A stretch of DNA of 64,000 nucleotides from Bacteriovoracia bacterium (GTDB taxonomy: Bacteria > Bdellovibrionota > UBA1018 > JBFWNL01): NCBI GenBank assembly GCA_050251055.1, contig JBFWNL010000003.1, forward strand, positions 224,001-288,000, given 5' to 3'. Shown here piece by piece: positions 18,649 through 29,269 of this stretch. The position numbers and the translations under genes were made by a program. The notes under the pieces are model-generated. The model saw only the letters and a program-made list of their open reading frames with translations, ran no database searches and was not told the DNA's origin. How positions within the stretch are numbered: the stretch's first letter is position 1; every line of letters begins with the position of its first letter.

Positions 18649-19488
18649 ATGAAATTGACGAAGCGTTTGGAAGTGCCGACGTTTAAAGCGGCCTGGAAAG
18701 GCCTCCTGGGTGTCACCCGCGACACACTCAAACTCGTGTCGGAATCCCGTTTATTAATGGTGGCTTCCGCCCTCGCCTATACGACCATCCTCTCGATCGT
18801 CCCCCTTTTGGCGGTGAGCTTTACGATCTTCCGGGCGTTCGGGGGTTTGGAAAACCTTTTCCACAACATCGAGCCCATCATCCTAGAAAACCTGGCTGAA
18901 GGCACCGCCGAGGAGGCCGCCGGGAATTTTCGCTCCTTCATCACGAACGTGCACACCGGCGCCGTGGGCATCAGCGGCTTCATCATGCTCGTGTTCACCA
19001 GCATGAGCCTGCTCTCGAACATCGAAAAGGCCATCAACGGCGTTTGGGGCCTCACTGTAAAGAAGACGTGGTTTCAGCGCATCGCGGGCTATTGGCTTTT
19101 CATTACCTTGGGCCCCTTGGGCCTCGCCTTCGCCGTCGGCGCGGTTACGTCCTCCGGGGAGCAGATCGGCGCGCTCATCCCCAAGGGAACCTTCAGCTAC
19201 ATCCTCGTCGTGGGCATCTTCTTCGCCCTGTATAAATGGGTCCCGCAACGGATCGTGCGCTGGCGACCCGCCCTCATCGCCGGGATATTCACGGCCACCC
19301 TGATGGCCCTTGCGAAAATGGGCTATTCCCTCTATACCCAAAAAGTCATCAGTTATAGCAAGATCTACGGTAGTTTAGGCGCCGTCCCGATCGTTCTGTT
19401 GTGGATCTACATCTCCTGGGCGGTGATTTTATCGGGCGCCGCCCTCAGTGTTTCTTTGCAAAAACGTATCGAACGGATGTCAGCATGA
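18649..19488 (+). CDS. YihY/virulence factor BrkB family membrane protein
   Basis: ASALAYTTILSIVPL, IEKAINGVWG, YSKIYGSLGAVPIVLLWIYISW. Confidence 0.9.
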   Translation: MKLTKRLEVPTFKAAWKGLLGVTRDTLKLVSESRLLMVASALAYTTILSIVPLLAVSFTIFRAFGGLENLFHNIEPIILENLAEGTAEEAAGNFRSFITNVHTGAVGISGFIMLVFTSMSLLSNIEKAINGVWGLTVKKTWFQRIAGYWLFITLGPLGLAFAVGAVTSSGEQIGALIPKGTFSYILVVGIFFALYKWVPQRIVRWRPALIAGIFTATLMALAKMGYSLYTQKVISYSKIYGSLGAVPIVLLWIYISWAVILSGAALSVSLQKRIERMSA

Positions 19489-20303
19489 AATCAAAAGACA
19501 CGATCGGATTCCGCAATCTCGCAACTCTAATCGCGCTCGCCGTTTCCGCCGCCGGCGCGACCCCGGCCTCCGCGGCCAATGCCGCGAATCCGGCGAAAGT
19601 AACGAAGTCCGCCGCCGCCGCCCCGGCCGCCAAGCCCGCCGCCGGCCAGGTGATCTGGAACAACTGGTACACCGTCACCCTGAACGGCAAGACTCCTTAC
19701 GCCTACTATAATGAACGCCTCAGCATCAAAGATGGCAAGCTTCACTACCAGAATGACGTTTGGAAGAAGGAAGAGGACTTCATCAACCGCGAGTCCTTCG
19801 GCGGGTTCGCCGAGAACAACTCCACCTACACCCCCATCTTTTATAACTTTTTCTCCACGTACCGCACGAGCGAAACCAAGATCGATGGCACCGTGGGCGC
19901 CGACAATGTACTGAGCCTGAAGATCCGCAAGGACGGCAAGGATCTCCCGGTGGTAAAGAAGCACCTTCCCAAGGGAGTTTTCTTCTCGACGTACTTCCCG
20001 CTCTGGCTTCGCGATAACGTAGCGGACATGAAACCCGGTCAACCCCGATCTTTTTCTACGATCCTTGAAGACAGCATCGATACGGGCTTCAAGGTGGAGT
20101 CCGGCCACGCGCGCGTGGAAGCGCCGGATGAGTTCGCCAAGAAAACGGGTACCAAGCGCGTTGCCGTGCAGTATCGGGACATGCCTTCGATCTGGTGGAC
20201 GGACGATAAAGGCAACTACGTGCGCATGGAGATGGGTCGTGGAGTGAGTGCCGCCGAGCTCGTGCCCGAAGCCAAAGCCAAAAAATTTCTCGACACCAAG
20301 TAG
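19485..20303 (+). CDS. Secreted hypothetical beta-rich protein
   Basis: ATGA overlap with the yihY stop; signal peptide and Ala/Pro linker. Confidence 0.7.
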   Translation: MKSKDTIGFRNLATLIALAVSAAGATPASAANAANPAKVTKSAAAAPAAKPAAGQVIWNNWYTVTLNGKTPYAYYNERLSIKDGKLHYQNDVWKKEEDFINRESFGGFAENNSTYTPIFYNFFSTYRTSETKIDGTVGADNVLSLKIRKDGKDLPVVKKHLPKGVFFSTYFPLWLRDNVADMKPGQPRSFSTILEDSIDTGFKVESGHARVEAPDEFAKKTGTKRVAVQYRDMPSIWWTDDKGNYVRMEMGRGVSAAELVPEAKAKKFLDTK

Positions 20304-20315
20304 TCCCAATCTTCC

Positions 20316-21230
20316 ATGTGGCTCGCGCGCTCCCTCACCTTTCTGCTCGCGATCCTGCTGGTTTTCTTCCTTTCCCGCACGCTCGTGCGTTGGCTGCCCG
20401 GCGACCCCCTGGAAACCCTCATGGCCGAAACCGGCACGAGCTGGGATCCCGACCTACTAAAAAAAGAATTTCACCTCGACCGTCCCTGGAGCGAGTCGCT
20501 GTGGCTGGATCTGAAGCGGGCCGCGCGGGGAGACTTCGGCCGCTCGTTGCTGAGCCGTGAGGCGGTGGGCCCGCTCGTCCAGCGGCGCTTGGCGAACACG
20601 CTCGTTTTGGCCGGGACGGCGCTAGCGCTGACGCTCGTTTTTAGCCTGAGCTTAGCCCTACTTTCGCAGTCGGAGTCTTTCCCATTCCGGCGCCAAGCCG
20701 ATTGGCTTTGCTCGACATACGGAGGCCTCTCCGCCGCGCTACCGCTTCCCTGGCTGGGCCCCATGATCACCTACCTGCTCGCGGTGAAGTTCCCGATCTT
20801 CGATCTGGGTGAGTCCGTGGCGCTACCCGCACTCTCCATCGCGCTCGTGATGGCGGGCTTTTGGGCGCGCTTCATCCGTGCGCGCATTCGCGAATCCCTG
20901 CGCACACCCTACGCGATGAACGCGCGCGCGCGCGGCCTCCCGGAGCTGAATGTGCTCTTGAAGTACGGCCTCTTCCCCGTCAGCGGAGCGCTCGTGGGGT
21001 TCCTCGGCACCCAGGCGGGCCAGCTGCTCACGGGCAGCGTGGTTGCGGAAATCATCTTCGATCGCCCGGGCATGGGATCGCTCCTGGTAGAGTCCGTGCT
21101 CAAGCGCGACTACCCCATCGTGGAAGCCGCCGCGTTCGCGGGCGGAGTATTCTGCCTGCTCGGCAACTGGCTCGGAACCTTTGCCCAGACGCGCGTACTG
21201 AGGCGCGCGGCGGGCGAGGAGGCGGCATGA
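20316..21230 (+). CDS. Peptide/nickel ABC transporter permease (DppB/OppB-like)
   Basis: LPGDP, GDFGRS, ARARGL, EIIFDRPGMG, RDYPIV. Confidence 0.88.
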   Translation: MWLARSLTFLLAILLVFFLSRTLVRWLPGDPLETLMAETGTSWDPDLLKKEFHLDRPWSESLWLDLKRAARGDFGRSLLSREAVGPLVQRRLANTLVLAGTALALTLVFSLSLALLSQSESFPFRRQADWLCSTYGGLSAALPLPWLGPMITYLLAVKFPIFDLGESVALPALSIALVMAGFWARFIRARIRESLRTPYAMNARARGLPELNVLLKYGLFPVSGALVGFLGTQAGQLLTGSVVAEIIFDRPGMGSLLVESVLKRDYPIVEAAAFAGGVFCLLGNWLGTFAQTRVLRRAAGEEAA

Positions 21231-22024
21231 GCAATCCGATGAAATTGAGGGCGAAGAAAATTCACGCCCACTGGCCCGTCGCGTGGCTTGGCTTCTGGCT
21301 CACGGCCGCGATCTATTTCGGCGTGCAACGACTGCCCTTCGCGCTAGAGTATTCGCTGGTGCGGCCGCAGTGGGTCGCCCCGCTTGGCTTCGATGTATTT
21401 GGACGAAATCTGGCGACGCTCATTCCGCATTCCGCACTCATCAGCCTGATTTTTGCCGCGTTTTGCGGCGCCCTTTCCCTCGGCGTAAGCATCACCGCCG
21501 GTTGCGCCATTGGCCTGGGCCCGCGCTGGATGCGACTCCTGGGAGAGCGCGCGCTCGATTTTCTGCTCGCATTTCCGCCGTTGCTACTCGCGCTCGGATG
21601 GAGCGCCGTGCGGGGTCCGGGCTGGAGTTCGCTTCTCATTTCCCTGCTGATGGCAACGGTACCGAACTTCACGCGCTTCGTGTACGTGCGCGTACGCGAG
21701 CTACAAACCGAACCTTATGTCGCCGCCGCGCGGGCGCTCGGGGCGAATCGTTTTCAAATCGCGACCCGGCATCTTTTGCCGCATATATTGTCGCTATGCG
21801 CAATTCGCATTCCCAGCCTGTTTGCGCACGCAGTACTCGCCGAAGCCACTCTGTCATTTATCGGCGTGGGCGCGCCGATCGGAACGGATTCGTGGGGTAC
21901 GTTGCTCCTGCAAGGCCGAGAGTATTTGATCGAAGCGCCACACATCTCCATCGCCGTGGGTCTGCCTTTGATTTTAACGGTGTTGGCCTTGCAGCGTCTC
22001 ACCGAGCCGGACTATAATCGATAG
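21227..22024 (+). CDS. Peptide ABC transporter permease (DppC/OppC-like)
   Basis: PLGFDVFGR, YVAAARALGA, EATLSFIGVG, SWG; ATGA overlap. Confidence 0.88.
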   Translation: MSNPMKLRAKKIHAHWPVAWLGFWLTAAIYFGVQRLPFALEYSLVRPQWVAPLGFDVFGRNLATLIPHSALISLIFAAFCGALSLGVSITAGCAIGLGPRWMRLLGERALDFLLAFPPLLLALGWSAVRGPGWSSLLISLLMATVPNFTRFVYVRVRELQTEPYVAAARALGANRFQIATRHLLPHILSLCAIRIPSLFAHAVLAEATLSFIGVGAPIGTDSWGTLLLQGREYLIEAPHISIAVGLPLILTVLALQRLTEPDYNR

Positions 22025-22028
22025 TTCC

Positions 22029-23111
22029 ATGAGCCTCATCCAAGATGCGCAAAAAAAACTGGGTGAGCTCTTCCTGGTCGGATTCGACGGGACAGAGCTC
22101 TCCGATGACACCGCCGCTTTTATCTCGCAGGCGGGAATCGGCGGGATCATCCTCTTTAGCCGCAACTATCAAACGCCGGAGCAAGTAGGCGCGCTCGTCA
22201 ACCAGATCCAGGAATGCCGCGTGGATCTCCCGCTCTGGATCGCCGTCGACCAAGAAGGCGGCCGCGTCCAGCGCTTCAAGGCACCCTTCACGATCCTTCC
22301 CACCGCCGCCGAAGTCGCCGCGGCCAACTCCCCCAAGCTTACGTTTGAAATCGCCGAGATGTGCGCGAAAGAGCTCGCCGCCGTCGGCGTGAACCTAAAT
22401 TTCGCGCCCGTGGCTGACATCAACACCAACCCGAACAATCCCATCATTGGCGATCGTGCCTACGGATCGGATGAAGAAGAAGTCACCAAGCACGTGACGG
22501 CCATCGTGCGCGGCCACGTCGTCCAGGGCGTGCAGCCGTGCGTGAAACATTTTCCCGGCCACGGCGAAACGGACGTCGACTCGCACCTGGCATTGCCGAA
22601 ACTGCGGTTCTCGCTCGAAGAATTGAAAAATCGCGAACTCAAGCCGTTCGTCAAATCGTTCAAATCCCGCTGCAACATGGTGATGACGGCGCACATCCTT
22701 TTCGAGAAGCTTGATCCGGAAGTTCCGATCACGCTCTCGAGCAAAGTGCTGCGCGATCTCCTGCGCAAGGATCTCCGCTATAGCAAGATCATCTTCAGCG
22801 ACGATATGGAAATGCAAGCCATCACCGACCACTACGGCGCCGAAGAGGCCCCGCTCATGGCCGTGAAGGCCGGCTGCGATATCCTCATTTACCGTTCCGA
22901 AGGCGCTGCTCGCAAAGCATATGCGTCCCTCTATAAAGCGCTCGATCAGGAAAAACTGCCTGCGGATATGGTCATCGAAGCCGCGAACCGCAGCATCGAA
23001 GTAAAAAAAGAAGTTCTCGGCGCGTATCAGCCGGTAAATATCGCCGAGATCAAGACTAAGGTCGGCTTACCGGAGCACAAAGCGTTGCTCGAGCGCCTGA
23101 AGAACCCCTAA
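22029..23111 (+). CDS. nagZ: Beta-N-acetylhexosaminidase NagZ (GH3)
   Basis: VDQEGGRVQR, KHFPGHGETDVDSH, VMTAH, SDDMEM. Confidence 0.92.
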   Translation: MSLIQDAQKKLGELFLVGFDGTELSDDTAAFISQAGIGGIILFSRNYQTPEQVGALVNQIQECRVDLPLWIAVDQEGGRVQRFKAPFTILPTAAEVAAANSPKLTFEIAEMCAKELAAVGVNLNFAPVADINTNPNNPIIGDRAYGSDEEEVTKHVTAIVRGHVVQGVQPCVKHFPGHGETDVDSHLALPKLRFSLEELKNRELKPFVKSFKSRCNMVMTAHILFEKLDPEVPITLSSKVLRDLLRKDLRYSKIIFSDDMEMQAITDHYGAEEAPLMAVKAGCDILIYRSEGAARKAYASLYKALDQEKLPADMVIEAANRSIEVKKEVLGAYQPVNIAEIKTKVGLPEHKALLERLKNP

Positions 23112-23118
23112 CAACCAG

Positions 23119-24012
23119 CTAACTGTCTACCAATGCGATCAAAGGCAGGTGATCTGATAGATCGCCCGTGCTGATGATCCGGTGCCCTTCCATTCGAGCC
23201 TCCGCGTCCACGAACAAGTAGTCCAAACGGCGCGTAGGCGCCACCGACGGAAACGTGAAATACCGGCTCTCCTGCGCGACGTATTCATCAATCCCGACCA
23301 CTTCACGGAATCCGGCCAATCCGCGCAGCGTCTCGATCGCGCGATCGCCCCGATAATCATCCCGCGTGTAATCAGCGAAGCCATGCTTCACGGTCGCCTC
23401 CGGTGGCGTCGTATTCAGATCCCCGCCGAATCCCAGTACGCGCGCTCCATTCATTCGCATTTCTTCCGCAAACTGCCCGAGCCGCCGTGCATGTGATTCG
23501 CGATTCTCGCCGTCGTAGGCATCAAAATGATTGTTCGCGACCCAAAACTCGCCGCCCGGTCCCTGTATCTTCACCCACTGCGAGTAGCGACCGAGGTAAA
23601 ACCAGTTGTACCACCACGGATTCTTCCGTGGCTTTTCGTGCAACACCGGCCGATTCTCCAAAACGGGAAAACGGCTCAGCACCGCCCCACCCGATTTCAC
23701 TCGACCGAAGTGATACGACAAAGGCCAATAAGGAAACGGTACGTAGGGATGATTCCAGCTCACGCAGGCAGCCGCGTACGCTAAACCGGAGCGTTCGCGC
23801 AGGTACTCCATTTCGTCGATAAAGTGGCTGCGGCGGGCATGGAAGTCGACCTCCTGCAAAAGCACGATGTCGGCCTGCTCCCGGCGAATCAGCTCGGCCA
23901 TGTCCGTAAGCCTGCGCTCGAATTCGGCGCGCGGCTTTGGACGGTACTGTACGCCATCGGAACCGATGCCGTACCCGTACGCAATATTCCACGTCATCAG
24001 CTTTAAATGCAT
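23119..24012 (-). CDS. Endonuclease/exonuclease/phosphatase (EEP) family protein
   Basis: MTWNI, LLQEVD, GGDLN, RLDYLF, SDHLP. Confidence 0.9.
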   Translation of the reverse strand: MHLKLMTWNIAYGYGIGSDGVQYRPKPRAEFERRLTDMAELIRREQADIVLLQEVDFHARRSHFIDEMEYLRERSGLAYAAACVSWNHPYVPFPYWPLSYHFGRVKSGGAVLSRFPVLENRPVLHEKPRKNPWWYNWFYLGRYSQWVKIQGPGGEFWVANNHFDAYDGENRESHARRLGQFAEEMRMNGARVLGFGGDLNTTPPEATVKHGFADYTRDDYRGDRAIETLRGLAGFREVVGIDEYVAQESRYFTFPSVAPTRRLDYLFVDAEARMEGHRIISTGDLSDHLPLIALVDS

Positions 24013-24068
24013 AGCGTCAATTATACACCTTCATTGATGGGGGCTGAGGGGCATGTTACGACAACCGG

Positions 24069-25577
24069 ATGAAAACACATCAGATAAAAGTCTTCCCATC
24101 GAAAGTCACCCTCGCGAAACAAGATCAATTCGCCTGGAAGCTGGCCGAGATGGCCACCGACCCCGTCGCCGTAGAACCCGCGGTCACCGACATGATCATC
24201 AATCGTATAATTGATAACGCCTCGGTGGCGATTGCCGCCATCAACCGCGAACCCGTCGCCAATGCCCGCTCCCAGGCCTTGGGGCATCCGCGTGCGAACG
24301 GCGCCACTGTTTTCGGGATGCCGAACTCGCAGCGCTTCGACGCCGAGTGGGCCGCCTGGGCGAACGGCACGGCTGTGCGCGAGCTCGACATGCACGACAC
24401 TTTCTTGGCCGCCGACTACTCCCACCCGGGCGATAACATCCCACCCATTTTGGCCGTCGCCCAGCAATGCGAAAAGTCCGGCGCGGAAATGCTGCGCGGG
24501 CTCGCCACCGGCTACGAAATCCAGATCAACCTGGTAAAAGGAATCTGCCTCCACAAACACAAGAAAGACCACATCGCGCATCTGGGGCCCTCGGCCGCCG
24601 CCGGCATCGGCACGATGATGGGCCTTTCGACCGATCAGATATACCAGTCGATCCAGCAAGCCGTGCACGTCTGCTTCAGCACGCGGCAATCGCGCAAAGG
24701 CGAGATCTCGAGCTGGAAAGCCTACGCCCCCGCCCACGCCGGCAAGCTCGCCATCGAAGCGGTGGACCGTTGCATGCGCGGTGAGAAAGCCCCCTCGCCG
24801 ATTTACGAAGGCGAAGACAGCGTGATCGCTTACATGCTCGATGGCGCGAAGGGCATGTACGAAGTCCCGCTTCCGACGAAGGGCGAGCCGAAGCGCGCCA
24901 TTCTGGAGAGCTACACCAAGGAACACTCGGCCGAGTACCAGGCGCAAGCCCTGATCGATCTCGCTTTCAACATGCGAAAGAAAATCAAAAACTTCGCCGA
25001 CATCGACAAGATCATCCTGCACACCAGCCATCACACGCATTACGTGATCGGCACGGGCGCGGGAGATCCGCAGAAGATGGATCCGAAGGCGTCTCGCGAG
25101 ACCCTCGATCACAGCATCATGTACATCTTCGCGGTGGCCCTGCAAGACGGCGAGTGGCACCACGTGAAGAGCTACACGCCCGAACGCGCCGGCCGCGCCG
25201 ATACCGTGGCCCTTTGGCATAAAATCGAAACGCGCGAAGACCCTAAGTGGACCGAGCGCTACCATGACGAGAATCCAAAGAATAAAGCGTTTGGTGCCCG
25301 CGTAGAAATCATCATGAAGAATGGCGAAAAGATCGTCGACGAAATGGCGCTCGCCAATGCCCATGCGTTCGGCGCCAAGCCCTTCGCCCGGCCCGACTAC
25401 ATCAAGAAGTTCAAGACTCTGACGGAAGAATGGCTCGACGCCCGCGAGTCCGATCGCTTCTTGGACTTGGTGCAAAACCTGCCCAAGCTCACCGCCAAGG
25501 ACTTGCTGGATCTGAACGCGCAAGTGGACCTGAAGCGCCTCTCCCACAACGCGCGTGATCGCCGAGGCATCTTCTAA
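24069..25577 (+). CDS. prpD: 2-methylcitrate dehydratase (MmgE/PrpD)
   Basis: [23 protein letters not shown]; context with prpB and prpC. Confidence 0.92.
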   Translation: MKTHQIKVFPSKVTLAKQDQFAWKLAEMATDPVAVEPAVTDMIINRIIDNASVAIAAINREPVANARSQALGHPRANGATVFGMPNSQRFDAEWAAWANGTAVRELDMHDTFLAADYSHPGDNIPPILAVAQQCEKSGAEMLRGLATGYEIQINLVKGICLHKHKKDHIAHLGPSAAAGIGTMMGLSTDQIYQSIQQAVHVCFSTRQSRKGEISSWKAYAPAHAGKLAIEAVDRCMRGEKAPSPIYEGEDSVIAYMLDGAKGMYEVPLPTKGEPKRAILESYTKEHSAEYQAQALIDLAFNMRKKIKNFADIDKIILHTSHHTHYVIGTGAGDPQKMDPKASRETLDHSIMYIFAVALQDGEWHHVKSYTPERAGRADTVALWHKIETREDPKWTERYHDENPKNKAFGARVEIIMKNGEKIVDEMALANAHAFGAKPFARPDYIKKFKTLTEEWLDARESDRFLDLVQNLPKLTAKDLLDLNAQVDLKRLSHNARDRRGIF

Positions 25578-26476
25578 TGTTGTTTGGAAAAAAATCCGCC
25601 ACTGAGAAACGCGCCGCCTTCCGCAAGGGCCTGAAGTCGGGCAAGCTGCTCCGCTTTCCAGGAGCGTTCTCGCCGCTCGTCTCCATGCTGATCGAACAGC
25701 AGGGATTCGACGGGGTATACGCGTCAGGCGCCGTGATTGCCAATGACCTGGGACTCCCCGACATTGGACTGACCACGCTCACGGAAGTTTCGCAACGGGG
25801 CCGCGCCATCGCGCGCGTGACCGATCTACCCACGATTATCGACATCGATACGGGCTTCGGCGAACCCATGAGCGCCGCCCGCACCGTGCAGGAGCTCGAA
25901 GAGATGGGCCTAGCGGGCTGCCACCTGGAAGACCAGATCAACCCCAAGCGCTGCGGACACCTCGACAATAAATCGGTCGTGGAAACCTCCGCCATGGTCC
26001 AAAAGGTGAAGGCCGCCGCCAACGCCAAGCGCGACCCTAACTTCCTGCTCATTGCCCGCACCGATTCGCGTGCCATCGAAGGCCTGGATAAAGCGATTGA
26101 TCGCGCCAACGCGTACGTTGACGCAGGGGCCGAGATGATTTTCCCGGAAGCATTGGCCGATGAAAAAGAGTTCGAAAAATTCCGCAAGGCGGTGAAGGTG
26201 CCGTTACTCGCGAATATGACGGAGTTCGGTAAATCCAAACTCCTCAACGCCAAGCAACTCACCGACCTAGGCTTTAACCTCGTGATCTATCCGGTTACAG
26301 GACTGCGCCTAGCGATGAAAGCGGTTGAAGACGGCTTCGCGACTATCCTGAAGGAAGGCACCCAAGAATCGCTGCTCGATAAGATGCAGCACCGCAAACG
26401 CCTGTACGAAGTCGTGCGTTACGAAGAGTACAACGCGTTCGATCAAGGAATCTTTAATTTCAAAGTACAGAAGTAA
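25577..26476 (+). CDS. prpB: Methylisocitrate lyase
   Basis: DIDTGFG, LEDQINPKRCGH. Confidence 0.95.
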   Translation: MLFGKKSATEKRAAFRKGLKSGKLLRFPGAFSPLVSMLIEQQGFDGVYASGAVIANDLGLPDIGLTTLTEVSQRGRAIARVTDLPTIIDIDTGFGEPMSAARTVQELEEMGLAGCHLEDQINPKRCGHLDNKSVVETSAMVQKVKAAANAKRDPNFLLIARTDSRAIEGLDKAIDRANAYVDAGAEMIFPEALADEKEFEKFRKAVKVPLLANMTEFGKSKLLNAKQLTDLGFNLVIYPVTGLRLAMKAVEDGFATILKEGTQESLLDKMQHRKRLYEVVRYEEYNAFDQGIFNFKVQK

Positions 26477-26495
26477 AGCATAGAAGGAGCGAATC

Positions 26496-27638
26496 ATGGC
26501 GACTGAATCCAAAGAAGTGATTGTCCGCAAAGGCCTCGAAGGCGTCATCGTCGACTCCACCTCGGTGTCGAAAGTAATGCCCGAGATCAACTCCCTGACC
26601 TATCGTGGTTACAAAGTACAGGACCTGGCCGAACAGTGCTGTTTTGAAGAAGTCGCTTACCTACTCTGGCAGGGCGAGCTCCCCAACAAGTCGCAGCTCG
26701 ACGCCTTCACCCAGGACGAGCGCTCCCGCCGCCAACTCACCCCCACGATGCTCGAAGTCATCCGCAAGTACCCCAAGCACGCCCACCCCATGGACACGGT
26801 ACGCACCTCGGTGAGCTTCCTGGGCATGGAAGACAAGCAAATTTGGGAAAATGACGCGAAGACCAACCTTCGCAAGTCGATGGACATGCTGGCCAAGATC
26901 CCGACCATGATCGCGGCGGATTACCGTTGCCGCAAGGGGAAGGATCCCATCGCCCCGCGCACGGACCTCGGCTTTTCGGAGAACTTTTTCCACATGTGCT
27001 TCGGCGAAGTCCCTCACCAGGAAATCGTAAAAGCGTTTGACGTCTCGCTCACGCTTTACGCCGAGCACGGCTTCAATGCCTCCACCTTTGCTTCGCGCGT
27101 GGTGAGCTCCACGCTCTCGGATATCTACAGTGCGGTCGTCGGCGGCATCGGCGCGCTCAAGGGACCGCTCCACGGCGGAGCCAACGAGCAGGTCATGCAT
27201 GTGCTCAAGGAAATCGGCGATCCCGCGAAGGCCGATGCCTGGATGAAGGACGCGCTGGCGAATAAGAAAAAGATCATGGGTTTCGGCCACCGCGTGTACC
27301 GTAACGGCGACTCCCGCGTTCCAACCATGAAGAAGTACGCGCTGAAGCTCGCCGAGCTCAAAGGCGAACGGAAATGGGCGCAGATCTCCGACGTCCTGGA
27401 AGCGGCCATGCTCAAGGAAAAGAACATCCAACCGAACTTGGATTTCCCGGCCGGCCCCGCGTACTACCTGATGGGTTTCGACATCGACATGTTTACCCCC
27501 ATCTTCGTCATGGCCCGCATCACGGGCTGGACCGCGCACGTCATGGAACAGACGGCGAACAATCGCATCATCCGGCCCCTGAGCGAATATACCGGCAGCA
27601 AGGAACGTCAAGTTGCTGCCATGACCGCTCGCCCGTAG
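26496..27638 (+). CDS. prpC: 2-methylcitrate synthase/citrate synthase
   Basis: YAEHGFNASTF, GPLHGGANE, MGFGHRVY, PNLDF. Confidence 0.93.
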   Translation: MATESKEVIVRKGLEGVIVDSTSVSKVMPEINSLTYRGYKVQDLAEQCCFEEVAYLLWQGELPNKSQLDAFTQDERSRRQLTPTMLEVIRKYPKHAHPMDTVRTSVSFLGMEDKQIWENDAKTNLRKSMDMLAKIPTMIAADYRCRKGKDPIAPRTDLGFSENFFHMCFGEVPHQEIVKAFDVSLTLYAEHGFNASTFASRVVSSTLSDIYSAVVGGIGALKGPLHGGANEQVMHVLKEIGDPAKADAWMKDALANKKKIMGFGHRVYRNGDSRVPTMKKYALKLAELKGERKWAQISDVLEAAMLKEKNIQPNLDFPAGPAYYLMGFDIDMFTPIFVMARITGWTAHVMEQTANNRIIRPLSEYTGSKERQVAAMTARP

Positions 27639-27673
27639 CTTCGCACGGAAGTGAGTGCTACCCTATTAGACGG

Positions 27674-28348
27674 ATGAACCGCCGGTTCGAATTCTTCAAA
27701 CGATTCCTATTAGTCGCCTGGGCCACCACCAGCATGGCCACGGCCAGCGCGCACGCCGGCATGGGAGACCTGTATTTCGAGACCGGCTTCGGCCTATCGA
27801 AGATCCGCAATGGCTCCCTCGCCTTGGATTCGAGTTTTTCGGATTCGCCCGGCTTCGGGCTAGGAGGGGCCTTCACCTTAGCCTACAACATCACGGCGCC
27901 GTCCTCGCTTTTACAGGTGCACGTCGGCATCAAGGATCGAGTCAGCACGAGCGGTGACGACAACGGCAACTCCTATATGCTGCACTCCATTTATCCGGTG
28001 ATCCGCCTGGAGACTCCGCGTATTTATATCGGCGGCGGCCTCACTCCCTATCTCTTCAAACGTCCGGGGGGCCTGGGCTTTAGCGGCTTCGAAAAAATCG
28101 AGTCGAGCATGGGTTACTTTACCGAGCTGGGGCTACTGTGGCGCGTGGTGAATTATTTTCACGTCTCGATCGAATCGTCGCTTTATTTTTTTTCCACGCC
28201 CCGCGGAACGAGTCCCAGCATGGCGCTCGACTTCACTTTCAACATGCGGTTCTTTCTCTATAACGAGACCGGAAGCGGCGCCGGGGCGGGCGGACGGCAA
28301 TACGACGGATGGCGCTATCCGTTCGGGATTGAAATCGGCGGAAAATAA
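27674..28348 (+). CDS. Putative small outer-membrane beta-barrel protein
   Basis: Signal peptide ending ASAHA; alternating amphipathic beta strands. Confidence 0.6.
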   Translation: MNRRFEFFKRFLLVAWATTSMATASAHAGMGDLYFETGFGLSKIRNGSLALDSSFSDSPGFGLGGAFTLAYNITAPSSLLQVHVGIKDRVSTSGDDNGNSYMLHSIYPVIRLETPRIYIGGGLTPYLFKRPGGLGFSGFEKIESSMGYFTELGLLWRVVNYFHVSIESSLYFFSTPRGTSPSMALDFTFNMRFFLYNETGSGAGAGGRQYDGWRYPFGIEIGGK

Positions 28349-28363
28349 GCTTTGCGCCGACTT

Positions 28364-29089
28364 TTATCGCGGCTCACCGCTTCCGCCGCAGTCCGGCGGT
28401 GAAATCCGGCCCAGATTGAGATTCCGGGTGACTCCTTGGCGAATCACGCTGGTGTCATCCGGATCCACCATTCCGTTGACATCCACGTCCGAGCGAAAAC
28501 TGAAGTCACTGGGTGCTCCGTCTACACGAAAGTAAGCTTGAACCGAATTGAGGTCTCGAGATTCCACCTTGCCATCCCCATTAATATCACCCGGCAACCG
28601 GGCGAACCGCCGATAGAGCACGGTTTCGATGGCACCGAGTTCGTCTTTCACTTCAAAGCGCAAGCAGTATCGCCCGGGAAGGCTGGGGAGAGCCACGAAC
28701 CCCCAGTCGGATCCGTCCAACCGATGGGAACTCCGAAACGGCTCGATCACGTAAAATGCATCGCCGGATTCACTCCCCACGCCACTAATTCGCACATCCA
28801 CTTGTAGACGCCGATCGCCATCACGCAAATTACCTATCCGGAAAAGCCCGTACGTCCACGTACGGGACTCGATCAATTCCCGATCGGCCCCGACGACAAA
28901 GTCACCTTGGACGCCGTCGTGACTCGCGGTCGAATACAAAAGCAGCTCCGGGGTGGACCGCTGCGGCTGCGCCCCCCGCCCAGCACCTCTTTCCGGGCCA
29001 ACTTCCAGGGCACACCCGAATAAAAAAAAACCAAGTACACCAGCTGCCGCATGAACGCCGACAGACCACAGATTATTCGAAACCTTCAT
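28364..29089 (-). CDS. Putative lipoprotein with C-terminal dockerin type I (double EF-hand) repeat
   Basis: FLFGC lipobox-like; GDINGDGKVESRD and SDVDVNGMVDPDD repeats. Confidence 0.7.
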   Translation of the reverse strand: MKVSNNLWSVGVHAAAGVLGFFLFGCALEVGPERGAGRGAQPQRSTPELLLYSTASHDGVQGDFVVGADRELIESRTWTYGLFRIGNLRDGDRRLQVDVRISGVGSESGDAFYVIEPFRSSHRLDGSDWGFVALPSLPGRYCLRFEVKDELGAIETVLYRRFARLPGDINGDGKVESRDLNSVQAYFRVDGAPSDFSFRSDVDVNGMVDPDDTSVIRQGVTRNLNLGRISPPDCGGSGEPR

Positions 29090-29211
29090 ACATCCGAGAA
29101 TAAGTCCGGACTCCTAAAACTCGAATGGGTATAGCGGGACACGGTGGCCACCTTCGGAGCATTTTGTATCCTAGCTGAATACACCCCGCGCGAGGCTGAC
29201 TTGAGCCCAAT

Positions 29212-29243
29212 AAAAAAGCCGGTCACGTTTCCATGACCGGCTT
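29212..29243 (-). terminator. Intrinsic terminator after the sigma54 activator gene
   Basis: AAGCCGGTCA/TGACCGGCTT stem followed by a T-run on the minus strand. Confidence 0.8.
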
Positions 29244-29269
29244 CCCTAAATTCCTAGTGATTAGTCGAC

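Noticed and set aside
24021-27611. Long minus-strand ORFs (508, 257, 316 aa) over prpDBC
   Set aside because: Shadow frames of well-conserved genes
29121-29160. TGGCCA...GC as a sigma54 promoter for the dockerin gene
   Set aside because: GG-to-GC spacing is 12, not the required 10
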